A stretch of 64,000 nt of DNA from positions 1 to 64,000 of the forward strand of contig CAJINV010000024.1 of assembly GCA_905178155.1 (NCBI GenBank), read 5' to 3'. Shown piece by piece: positions 24,451 through 37,200 of the stretch. Position numbers and translations under genes: made by a program. The notes below the pieces were generated by a model that did no database searches, was not told the DNA's origin, and worked only from the letters and a program-made list of their open reading frames with translations. This DNA comes from Amoebophrya sp. A120 (Eukaryota > Protista > Dinoflagellata). Position 1 is the first letter of the stretch. The number at the start of each line of letters is the position of its first letter.

Positions 24451-25760
24451 CACTTATCGTTACGATCCAGATCGAAATTGAATCCGTTATCAAGCAAAGT
24501 GAATATCGCTAGTAGAGGTACTCTACTGGACGTTTTGTAAACCCTGCAGCTACAGTTGTGTAAACACGACAAAGTCGTTGCCCGTTTTTTGAAAAAGAGA
24601 CGGAAAGCAATAGATACTGACTGAAGCCTCTGTTGCGCTACTTGTACTCGCACTACAGATACAGATACTTAATAAATGAAAAAGTCAGCCAACTAAGGAG
24701 CCTGGGAAGAGCTGTGCCAATTGCAAATATTTTTGTGATCTTCGGTGTTTGGCGGTGGTATAGCTGCCCAACTCGATCCATTTTTACAAAGCGCCATCGA
24801 GGATGGCACAAGGAAGAAAAAAAGCTCAATGACATGGACAGTAGTTTATACTGTTTTCATTTACAATAAGACCACGACACGGGAGTGCTTTCACATTTTG
24901 AGACCCTCTGTGTCTGTAATTCCAGATCTCATCTTGATATCCGTATTTGATTGATTTTGGATTCTTGGTATTTACCAGAGTGGAACTTTCTAACAATGTT
25001 CATCCGGTCAACTCCCGTCAACTGGTGAACAAGAACGCTATGGACACGATTTGTAGACAGACTGCACTATGTACATTTTGAGACACATCAGTCTTACTAC
25101 TGAATGGCGGAAATGGAAGTTGATATCCCTGGATACGCAAGAGCATGACGTAAAGCGTGCTCGCGTAGTACAACACTCAGGGTCGACAATTACACTTAGA
25201 AGAGCTAACAATGAAAGCGAGGAACTATTCATCAGACAACCGGCGAAGCATTTGTTTTCAGATCCTGCGGCCCATTGATGTTGCTCCATTTGGTACACCG
25301 GATAACAATAATCCTTTACATATTTTCTTTTCGTGCGCCATTCATTTTACAGGTAGACGTATTCATTGTAAATATCTGTGAAAAACTTTCATCATCTTCG
25401 TGCAGACAAGCCAAGCACGAGTCGTGCACTGTTCTGTAAAAAGACCAATGACGTTTAAGGCTTATGCAACACAAGAAAGCATTCCCAAAGTTGATTATAA
25501 GTATAAGTAAATCATACAGCAAAATTATATACGAGGACGCCAAGTAGCGATTTTCTGGTGTGATGGAAGTGCCAATTGAAGCTGTAATCAAATCAGTAAG
25601 TAGCCAAGTGCGATTTTCTAACTAAGTCTTGCGTTTTCGTGTCCGACAGCTTACAAGCCTGGAGTATGGCCTCCAGACAGCACGTGAGCACCTCCACGTC
25701 TCTCGACATCGTTTTCACCATGTCCGCACCAGACACACGGACACTCACTTTCCGAAGAAG

Positions 25761-27711
25761 CTAACACAAGTCGTCCGCGATTTTGGACGGCCGAGCAACG
25801 AGAAAGTCTGCTGGTCGGGCAGCTAATATGGTTGGCAGCTTTGTTCTCAACGGATTGGCTTTCTTCAAAAACTTGTACGTCGGCGAGTCTTTCAACCGTT
25901 TTGCGTGACAGCTTCGCCAATCCCACTGAAACTGATCATACGACCACTGTAGTGCCTTTCCGTCGGAGCCCGACCGCCATTTTTCAGCGAATTTACGAAA
26001 AACGCGCCGGACGTACGGATACCAGGTCTCATCGATCGGATCCTCCCGCATGAACTTATTACGGCTTATCCGCGTCTCATCCCAGGGGTTTAGACAATAA
26101 CCTTTTTTGTTATTTGTATGACATTGAAATTCGAAAGCACAATAGAGGAGAATGCACAAGCATATTGATGTGCTTAACATTTTTTTTGTCGATATCTCAA
26201 AAACAACTTGCCACAGATTTTTACCGTGCTTCACAGGAAACTCGAGGTTGTACACATACGCATCCTTTTGAAAAAGGAATTCTGTGGCCATCGCTAGTCG
26301 GCATCTGCTATCCAAAACGTCCTTATTCGGGTTCACAGCCATATCCACTCGCGGCAGCGCAGCATCGGGATTGGTCCTGGAAAACGACAGCGTTTCTGGG
26401 GGAGTCCATTTTACCAGCTTGGCCGGGCCCGCCGCACTTGCTTTTCTGCTACGGAAACGAGCTGCAATGGATTGGCGAGTCTTCTTCTCTGGAACATTCT
26501 CATGAAAAAATTCTAGCACTTCTCGAAAAAAGGCTCTGTCACTTTTGTGACATCCACTGGACAGGGCGTCGGAGCCGTAGGTTTCCGGAATGATCCACTC
26601 GCTACCCACATCGAAGGCATAGGCAGCCGCCGGGCTGCAGGTCTCGCGGCCCATCGTCATAAGCAATCGCACCTTTGATAAATGGATTTGAAGATGACCT
26701 GAGGCGCAGCAAAATTGCATAATATGTTACGCCCAAAAAGCAGTATCGATTGACAAGAAAATATCATAACAACGCGTTCAAAAAGTAAGGGCGTCCGCTA
26801 CAAAAAGAAGGAAAGTGTACTGCCACAGAACAAATATATATCTGAGTCAAAGCATGACTTACGCTCCACTCGGTCAGGTGTGGCGGAATCGCGTTTTGTG
26901 GTCCCTCGATTTCCTTCTGAAAGTAATGCAAGTAGCTTCTCCCGAGATCGACGTCTTTATTCCAATAGTCCCGAGGGAGGTTCGTGCCCACTTTTTCTCG
27001 TAGCACCTCGAGGAAAAGGTCTTCACAGCTTTCCGTGCGGTTCGCGAGAGTCCGGTCATCAATGGCTTGAGAAAGTGCCGCCGCAGCAACTTTCCTGCCA
27101 TTGGCATCTTTTTGCGATGAATGCGATTTACTCGTGTGAAGGAGTGCTCCCGCGTCCGCTGCTGATAAAAAACTCAGAATGCCTTCGTTTTCATTGAGCT
27201 TCATGTTTCCAAACATCATCAGGCCTGGTTCGGCGTTCTTGATGTCGTCGAGCAGCTTGCGTTGCTCTCGTCTCCGACCTGCCTCGCGTTGTTCCTCTTC
27301 GTTCCCAAGTGTGGCGGGCGGATGTGAAGCATTCTTCTCGGCTGGGGAGCCGTCACTTCTGCTTCTTTTCGACGGTCTCCGGCCTGCGTCAGGGCTCGCC
27401 GATCGAGTACGCACAGCATCATACAGCCTCTTCATGTGCGCTCGCACGGTTGCGACAGGGCGATCAGCAAAAGAACTCAGAGTTTTTGCAGCATTCTCAG
27501 GCACGTGAGCGATTCCTCTCAGCTGCGACGCGCTGCGGTTTTCCCGGTCGTGCTGCAAGCGGCTTTCATTCCTGCGAGGCGGTGGAAAACGCGAGTCGAG
27601 CTGCGAGCGTGCGCCTGCGTTCGATTCTCCTGCACTGCTGCTGCTGGCACATGTGCCACGACTTGCCCCGAGACACAATAGGATGCCTAGAACAGTATTG
27701 ACCGATCTCAT
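25761..27711 (-). CDS. Putative secreted protein with one copy of the Trp/Cys-containing repeat domain (multi-exon)
   Basis: Signal-peptide-like start MRSVNTVLGILLCLGASRG; motifs ESCEDLFLEVL..RDYWNKDVDLG, SGCHKSDRAFFREV, RCRLAMATEFLFQ and WSYDQFQWDW shared with two upstream copies. Confidence 0.7.
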
Positions 27712-28989
27712 GGTTTTATTTTGATATGCTTCAAGAATACCATCAAAGCAGAACTTTCAAATTTAGATATCTCTCTTTGCTGAAGCTGCTACATCAACGA
27801 CAAGCGTAAGGGGGATAAATATCTTTCGACGAGTCAAGGGCGCAAAGCTTAATCATACATAAACTGATGCTGTTCAGCATTATTTCAGTCCTCTTTTATG
27901 TGCGACGGTATATCAAGGCAATATAGAGGTACCGGAAAAGATATGACAGCCTCTATCAATAATCATAAAATCATCAGTCAAGATCACCAATGTTCGAAAT
28001 AAAATTTTACAAAAATAGGTACATGTTTGCTGAAAACAAAATGGCTGTTTCTAGGTCGCTGATTTTTATGCGCTTTTGATACGAGTCCACGAGGCCTGAA
28101 ACAGCTTTGACGGATCCTTCGTGAGCCTAAGGCTCTGGAGTGCAGCACACCATTCGTGGCCGTTCTACTTGTTCAGCAAACATGAGACCGCGGAAGAGCC
28201 GCACTGATAGCCAGACGGCACCGGTGGGCGCCCCAGCAGCGATTGACCCTGAAGACGCTGACGTGCGCAATTCGTGCAAGGAAATCGTGGGTCATGCAAT
28301 CTGATCTTTGCGGGCCCCAAGGAAACGCATTTCAAACAATTGCCTTTAGGGGGGAAGCGAATTTCCATCATCCTGTTCTAGCATTCGTTTTGTTAAATAA
28401 ACGGCTGTGACTGACATGGAGCCCAACTATTTCTGGATCAAGAGCTTACCAACAATCTTTCATTTCAGAGCCCTTATCCGCGATTGCGACTAAGTAGCTG
28501 GATTTGATGCGGTATACAATTGGCCGGACGTGTGGATAGGCGCCATGATTTTGAGTTGTCACAGGCAGTGCAAATTATTGGGGCGGCAGGACAAGGAACT
28601 TTATTATCTGCTTCTTTTTATTCGGTCTCCATGCCTCGGACCATACTATCGCCTCAATCCAGATCGTCATCTAGCGACGACAAGAGGAAGATGAATAACA
28701 ATTAGAAGAAATTCATTGTGTCAGACGTCGCTGCTCCGCCACTCTTGTAGTTGTTCATTCTTTCGTACATGGCGGGATTATTTTGACTTCTTGGTGCGCC
28801 TCGCTTCTTGTAATTCGTGCTTCATCCGCCCCCGATGATACGCGGCCTTTGCAGTTCTCGTGTAAAAATACCAGTTGCCATTATTCGCTACGCGAAATAA
28901 ATAGCCAGAAAATTGTCTTCAGAAAGCCGCGTTGTACTTTCCTTCTCGGACCACATCTGATGAAGAAGCCGTCAAGACGGACCAGCCGG

Positions 28990-31045
28990 GAATTCAATGT
29001 CTTGCAGTAGAGTAGCGAACTTGTCTTTGACGGCCTGGCTCCTGGGCTGAAAATTTTCGTACATGTGCTTCGTAGTTCTGTTCCAACGAAATGGATTTTC
29101 ATTCTTGTACGGAACGGAGCTCGACCGCGCCCTAGTCCAAGTCCAGCGAAAATGGCGATACGACCACTCGGCTCCTCTCGTCTCCGAATTCTGCCGCCAA
29201 AAAGACGCTCTATTCCTGAAGTCCCGCTGGAAAAGCTCGTGCCATCTGGGATGCACAGCCGACGTTTCGGTAATTTCACTGTCGTTTTGCAACTGTGAGA
29301 GCACGACTTCGGGCCACTGAGGTGATTTCTTGGCCAGCGCCAGTGGCGAGTCGGTATTGAGGCAGTATCCTGTGAGCATTGCACAAGAATATGTTTGAAA
29401 AAACGTTCTGACGTACGAAGCGATTCATTGCTTCTGCACCTGAGCTTTTACGCAACTCATTTGAAGAAGCTAGCCAAACGCAAAATAAAAAAATTGCAAA
29501 AAAAAACAGCTCTGGACATGAGTGGTACACAAGTGGAGCATTCACCGAAAAGATGTGAACCCGCGGAGTTTTCATTGGTGTAGCCAATAATATTAGAGAT
29601 GTACTTAGTACCATATGGAACGCTGAAGAGGCGGACGACGAACTCCTCTATCCTGGTGTCCGCTTGAAACAGGTGCTCAGTCACCATACCAATACGGCAG
29701 CGCCGCTCTCTAGCAGTCCGCTTTTCCTCATCGTCAACATGGACTCCGGCTGTCGACGTGCTACTACCCTGTATGCTGGGGTTGCTGTTCCTGTAAATCA
29801 GAGGATCGTCCCACACCACTACCGAGGATTCGGTCCCATTTTTCCTCCGTTTCTCGTGGAAAAAGTTCCATACCTCTCCGAAAAATTTCTTGTCTTCGCG
29901 AACGCATCCCGAACGCAAGCGTTCCGGATCGTAGACAATGTCTTCATAGATGGGCCAATTGAAGTACTCCTTGTTCAGATCCCCTTGCGGCAGATCAACG
30001 TGACAGAAGGGCATCAACGCTAGAATCGTCGCAACCTGGATGAATATAACATCGACGAATGCAGCAGGTGATAGAAGATTGAGATTTACTTACTACGGGA
30101 TTCACTATAAAATATTCTTAGAGGAAACCAGTACCAGAAGAAGATCTCAAATCTCATTACAGTATAAAGTAAATTTATATCCATCAAATTTTCTTATACC
30201 GCCCAGCGGTCAGCAGGGAAAGCGAGGTCCTCGCCTGCGGCTGTGGCAGGTATCCCTAGTGCCGCGTTCGCCTCCAGCAGCCTGTCCTGACCCAGGTCTA
30301 CTTCCTGATTCCAAAAATCACCAGGCTTCGAGTCTCGTCCTATACGTTCGTGAAGAACCTCGAGAAAGAGATCTTCACAACTTTCTCCGTGCTGCTGCCG
30401 TCTCATCAGCGACGTGACGCCTGATTCGTCCGCTTCTGTTTCTTCGTGTTGCTGCCGCGCGATTTGGGTCCCGCTTTCGCCCTGGTCTCTATCGTTCTCT
30501 TGCATTTGTGTGCCCCCACCAGTCGTAGTCGTGCTACCGGATAGCCCTGCCGTTCTTGTTGATTCCTGCACCGGCGCGACGTACGCCGCAGAACTCGACG
30601 AGCTAGTACCGCCTGACATTGGGCGGTTGCCGTGCATCCGATCGTAATTTTCACGGTCATACGTGCCGTTATCTGATGAGGCGACTAACGGCACCCCCTG
30701 GTCTGAAACCGAACCTGTTTGCCGTGCCTGCTTAGCACCAGCTTCTTCAAGTGCTCCTGTATTCAAAGCTGAATTTTGCTGCGCAGCAATCTCATCGCGA
30801 CCGAATTCCATTTCGGTGCCCGGTGACACTAGAGGGCCAGCGGGTGGGGAACCAAGGGTGCTTTCCCCTGCCGGATAGTCGCTATTTCCAGTACCTGAAG
30901 CTGCTTGCGCGGAAGCGCTCTGGTTGTCAAGCTGCTGCAGGACGTGTGCGAACTCATTTTTGATCTTTTTGTCGTATCTCGGATCGAAAGTCGATATGCA
31001 AGGAAAAACGGGGCAGAGGTTGCACTTGTCTATATTTTGTCGCAA
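28990..31045 (-). CDS. Exons encoding a Ser/Gly-rich linker plus repeat-domain copy 2 (probably the 3' part of the kinase gene)
   Basis: ESCEDLFLEVL..DFWNQEVDLG, SGCVREDKKFFGEV, RCRIGMVTEHLFQ, WSYRHFRWTW. Linker QSASAQAASGTGNSDYPAGE is paralogous to QSCSAQGASARTGNINYPTGE in the kinase ORF. Confidence 0.65.
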
Positions 31046-31299
31046 ATTCGGAAGGCCCCCTAATATGTTTTTGTGTTTCTAATGACAGAAATGTATCCTC
31101 TCGCTACCGACGCACACAGTGCCCCGCTTCTCGTCACAAACGCATGCCTATCCCTTTCAATCATAAGTGTTTCGCTTCTTTTCTGGAACTTTAAATGACA
31201 TCAATGAGGGGCGACAGCAATGTGCTTCCGAATCCGGAACAAGGACAAGATTCCTCTTAGGCATTTCTCATCTTCATACCTTTTCTTCCGTATGTCGAC

Positions 31300-34200
31300 T
31301 CAAAGTCCGGCAGGTTATCCTTCCAAGACGAGAACATCAGTGAGATGTTTCCCTGCACTACCGGCAAGGCGTTTTGGTGACAGACTCGGAGCCAATTCCA
31401 GCGAAAGTGTAGGCCGGACCACTTCGCACCTGTGCCGGTAGACTCGCGTCGCCAAAATTCTGCCCGCGTCCGGAAGTCCCTCTGAAATATGGAATGCCAG
31501 TGCGGGTGTATCGCGGATTGATTTCGAGCATGTCCCTTCTCCTCCCGGAACATTAATCTGCATAGCTGCGCTTCTATCCAGTCCTGGTTTGGCAGCTCGA
31601 AGGGTCGCGGATGAGGATTCAGGCAGTAACCTGTAGTAGAGGAGTATAATGGGGTATTGATTCTTTGTATCCAAAGCTCCGACGATGCCTTTCTCTACCA
31701 TTCCCTGATCTACTTCGTAAGTACCGCAAAGGCAGGTGCATGCGAATACAAGTGCTGCCACTCAGAAAAAATAGTTCAAGTTGCATTGAATTCAAACAGG
31801 CACAAGTTAGCTCTGTACCATAAGTTGTAATAAAACGAGAGCTCCCGAACTCGTATATTTTTGACGTTGCTTGGAACAGATACTCTGTGGCCATGCCAAT
31901 GCGGCATCGCTGCTCCCTCAGCAAGTGCTTTTCGTAGGCATCGGCAGCTTTGCCCGGATCCTCCTCTTGACCTGCAGGGACGATAAGATCATCGAAAACA
32001 ACTTTGGTGTGCGACGACTGGCCAAGTGGATCATCCCAGACAACAACGTGTTTCGCTTCTTCGCGATTTGTACTCGAGTTTGCACCGTGTTCCGCAGAGG
32101 CATTGCCTGTGGTGGAAGGCAACCGCTCATGAAAGGCGTATGCATAAAAATCACGCCTTTGCTGAAAACTTGCTGCGCCAAAAATTGCACTCCTTTTGCT
32201 GGCTTCATGATGGCGGGCAGGAGAGGTAAAAACGAGAATGGAAAGCACAAGACACAGGTTGTCGTCTGTCTACCTTCCAGATGGAATTCTTTTTCATGCA
32301 AAAGCACCGCAAATTCGTAGCGTAATTGAGTATAAAAAGCGGCGAACAAGCAGCATAGAACGTTTTTTGTCGAATAAAAATTCCCACACTTCTTTGAAAA
32401 ACTCCTTGTCTTGTGGCACGCAACCAGATTTTAGTCGTACAGCGCTGTACACGGTCGCTTCTTCAAAAGGCCAATTGTTTACTTCATCCTTCAGCCACAC
32501 TTTATCCTCAAAGAATGCCTGTGGGAAGTTGACCTTGCAAAACGGCATCATGGCCATAATTGTGACGACCTGAATAATTGATTTTGCGTTCTTTGATTTT
32601 CAGCAAGAGTGCCGTCATGCTCCTTCACGAGTACGAAGCGAATCGAGAGTAGAAAAAATCTTGGGCATTCTTGCTACCTACACTTTGATCAGAATCCACC
32701 AAACGTCGACTTCGCAAAGAACAAAAAAAAGTCCTCACCCTCCATGTATCGGGATCAAATCGCTTTTCGAAGGCCACATCATTTTCTGTGATACGTTCTG
32801 CCAAAATCCGGTTCGCGTCTTCTAGGTGGTCGACTCCAAGGTCAACGTCAGCATTCCAGAAATCTCTAGGCCGCTTGTCCTTCAGCTTTTCCTTCACAAC
32901 CTCCAGAAACAGGTTCTCGCAACTTGCTGCAGCCCCAACATATTCCTGCCGGGTCTTCAATGATGCCACCTTCGGTTCATTCGAAGTGATATTTTCTGGG
33001 ACGAAAGGATTGCCGCTGCCACGATCTTGCCCTGACTCTGTGGCAACTGCGCTACCAGGTGGTCGCCAGGCTGCTGAAGAGCTCGAGGAGCCGCCTTCTA
33101 CGACACGAGCTCCAGAATCTGCACCACCACCATCACGACCTGCAGGTGGGCTTTCATCGGGAAACTGTGCCTGCTCTGCAGGTTCCGGTCTGTCGTCATC
33201 TTCGTCGGGAACCGCTTCCGGCTCTTCGTCGAAGTACTCATCGCCATTTGCCACAGAGACAGCTTCCAGGCTTGACAGTACAGATATTTGTCCGTCGTCT
33301 GATAAGTTTTCACCTTCATCGAAGCTATCATCTGGGTTTTCACCCTCCCGTGAAGGGTGTTGGTCTTCGTCTTCTTGTGCGCCGGTACCGACCACGTCCG
33401 ATCCTTGTGTGCTCGAGGATACATGCCCGCTGTGCTCATTAGCGCGGCCGCCTGCAGTGTGGGCACCAGTTGCCGTGCGAGGAGTCCCAGGGGAACTCGA
33501 GGCACCAGCGGGTGAGGAACCAGGAGCACCTTCCCCTGTCGGATAGTTGATGTTTCCCGTACGTGCTGAAGCTCCTTGCGCGGAACAGCTCTGGCTGTCT
33601 AGAATCGGATTTGACGTGGCTGTGCTTGAGCTACTTGAACGTTGGCCCAAAAGATCGATCCTGCCACTACCCTCAGCTGACGACTGGTCAGTTCCAACAG
33701 CAACGCCACAACCCGAATCACTACTCGCAGCCGTCGTGGACTGTAGTTCTGCACTGTCGGACGTGCCTGTGCGCGGTCGCATTTGCGCCGTGTCTGTTCC
33801 GTCTTGCTGCGGCAACACCTCCTGCTGTGCAACACTTGATGTGGCAGCAGAGTGGAGAAGTTCTTGGTCTTGCTGCAGTTCGAGATCCTGATCATGAAGG
33901 CTGGTAGTTCCCGGCGACTGGTTGCCTTCCTCGCCTTCTCTTGTCCTTTGCTGTGCCCCCGCTGCGGGGTTTTGTTCAGCACTGCTCATCGTTTGCTCGG
34001 TGCTGGGACTACAACCACTCGTACTATCCGTCTGATCAGCACTTTCCGGAGGATCAGGCGGTGACGCGGACGGAGCAGATGATGGTGGCTCACGGCTACC
34101 CGCTGCTGGTACTTCACCTGCTTGAGCTTCTACAGCATCCGGGTCAGCTGCAGGACTGGTTGCAGTTGCCGGACTTGCAGTCGAAGCCGCGGTGGTCGGT

Positions 34201-37200
34201 TCAGCAGGTACTGCCGGCTGAGCCGGCACCGCAGCAGCAGGAACCACTACTGGCGCAGTGGCGGAAACGGGCCCTGCAACGTGCGCAGCAGGCCCGGGTG
34301 GACCGGCCGGTGCTGGTGCCGGTACTGCTGCAACACCAGGGGTCGGACCTGCAGGTTTTGGCTTTGGTTTCGCCGGCGCTAGAAACTCCGCTCCATAAAC
34401 AGGTCCCGGGGGGAACAAGGTTGACAACACTGACGACGGTGAGCTCTGAGAAGGAGGAGAAAGCGGTTGGAGGTGCTGCGGAGGTGGAGCTGTTGTGTCT
34501 GCGTGCCCACCTCCCTGAGGACCATCATTGCCGAGGGCTGTTGGTGGGCCGCTAGGGTTTCCTCCATGTGGATCACCACCGCCACCACCACCTCCATCCC
34601 CGTTGAAAATTCTTGTCGGGACCAAAATATTCGGCTTATACCCGCCGCCGAAGCCGCCAAACGGATTATACGCATCACCGTCCCCAGACCCCAGCTCTGC
34701 TTTCTGTTTGTTCCCCTCGCTAACGTTGCCCATATGCACTGCTAAGCCGGTAGCACCAGCGAGAAGACAAACGGCGATGATAGTGATAATGATGGTTGAG
34801 AGCGAGGAGGCTAAAAAAGCGCCACAGGGGCCCGCGGAGGATGCTGAGGATGAGGAGGGGTCCTCTGTCAGGGGGAGAAATTTGTCTTGCGAAAGGTCGT
34901 CGGGGTCAACAACATCTTCACATGCAAATAGAGTTGGTGTCCTCGTCGTGTCACTTCGCGCTTCCTCGTCGAAAGTTCGTGTCGCAGATACCGAGCATGC
35001 GGTTTTGTTCCCGGAAGCACGAGCAAAGTCTCCTCCTGTGTCATCTTCCGCCTTCTGAGGCTGCTGATGTGGCAGAGAGGAATTTTTATCTGCTTCCCTT
35101 TCAGGAAGTTCCTGAGCATTTATTCCATCTATCTCCTCCTCAGAGGATGACACCAGCTCTGGCTCGTGCTCTTCTGGCGGTTCGTTTCCACAATCTCGCT
35201 TTATGCCGGTTTTCAACATTTTCGCCCCTTCGCAAGCCGACTTTCCGTTGACGTTCTCCTTTTGATCCGCATCGCCGCCGTGATTTTCATCCTGCGCAGC
35301 GCCGTCGTCCTGTCGTCGTTTCAAGGGCTCCACTTGTTCCTCACCATCGGTTGCAGTGCCCTCGAGAGCAGTCGAGTTGTAGGAGTAGCTCTCTTGTTTC
35401 GCCAAAAGCGGTAAAAACGCCGTTTGATCGATGTATTCCTCTTCGTAAATGTCCGACAGCCGGCGGCCCTTCCATTTCGTCGTCTTCCCTTTGATGTCTT
35501 CTTCATTGACCAAATTTTTCGGCGTTTTCAGTAGTAGCTTTTGCTGTCTCTTCTTGCTGGTTCCTTCACGACCTACGTCGCCTGGCTGCAAACTCGCAAA
35601 ATCATTCTGAAGATCGTCATCTCCCGGTGCTGGCGCCTCCAAATACTTCAGCACCGTCTGCGCGTCCCACCGCCTTTCCCACCGCCACCGCAGCGTGACC
35701 TGCAGTAGTGATACCAGATGGCCGAAGAGCGCGGCGTCTTGCTCTTCCCACCTGCGGGATTTCGAATACAGAATCCGGACCCGGGAATCTGCCACCGCGA
35801 ACTGCGCCCGCATCCCGCAGCCCTCTAAGTGCTCGTACGGCGCCCGCCCGTACAGCAATTGGTAGAGGATGATCCCCAAGGCCCAAACATCAGCCGCCGG
35901 CCGCATCTTCAAACTCGCCGACCCCTCGTCGGGTTGGTAAAACGCCTCGGGCGGCATGTAGCGCGGCGTGCCGCACTGGCGGTCGCGGGAAACGTGGATT
36001 ATACCCTCATCCTTGTTGATCCCCCGCGCGTATCAAATGTAAAAATGTCCGGGTCTGGAAGAATTCACGTTTGTCATGCTTGTCTGGCATGACTCTTAAA
36101 TCTGTCATGCACGTTACCCAAGAGCTCCGCGTTTCTGTGATGCAGACGCGCAGTTTGTCATGCAGAATAGGCAACACCAAGGAGCTCAGAAACTTGTCAT
36201 GCTGAGCCAGCACTTGTGGCCGCCTCATGATACGCCAACCAGCATCACAAGTTTCCAGACCCAGACATTTTTACATTTGATAGCGCGAGGCCGAAGTCAG
36301 AGACCTTCACGATGTTGTCCACGATGAGGAAATTCGCGGGTTTCAGGTCAAAGTGGATCAACTATCAAAGTGAAAAAAGCCCCCACCCCATATCGGAAAC
36401 GGGAGATGCGCGAATTTGTGATGCTGTATCTGAGTACACAAATCGACTTGTATTGCTAGAATGCCAAGAGACGAAGCTGCGGCCGAAATTGCAGGCAATC
36501 TGTCATGCTGTTTCCCACTTCCAGTTGCCTCCTGTCATCCTGGAGCTGCAAGGCTTTCCCACGCTAGACAGCACTCCAGTCCGCATCTTTTCCCTTCTAG
36601 CATCACAAAGCTGATTTGTGGCCCCAAATCTGCATCACAGATTTCCGTTTTGATATGGGGATGGGGTATTTTTCATTGTAATATCAACCCGAGGCTGTGG
36701 ATGGCCGCGACGCCCGCGACCATGTCCCGCCAGAGGTTGCGGATGTCGTAGATAGAAAAGATCTCGTAGTTTTTCCGAAGAAAGGAATGCAGGTTGGGTA
36801 TCGGAGGGGAAAGGAGGTCCTTTGGTTGTCCAATGGAGAGGATATTTTGTCATGCTCATCAATCACGTGGTACAAAATGGCAATGACAAATTGCATGCGC
36901 CTGCGGCTGCACGACTCGTCCTACGAGTCAATGAATATGCACAAGCTGCTTCTTGCCGCACGCATCATGCATGCCATCTTCTTAATCGCGGTGTAGAATC
37001 AGAGAAAGTTTCTCTTTCAAACAAACCAACACAATCCTTTCCATCCCATACCACAGTCCGCGAATTCCAGCAAAATGTGGATCACCAAATCTTTTGAAAA
37101 AAATTTCGCTTCGCCGATCATCTTCACTACCCGCAGCTCGTCCGCATTGTGTTTACCATTCGGGGTAGTTCCGGCATTCGCGGCCCGATTTTTGTCCCGC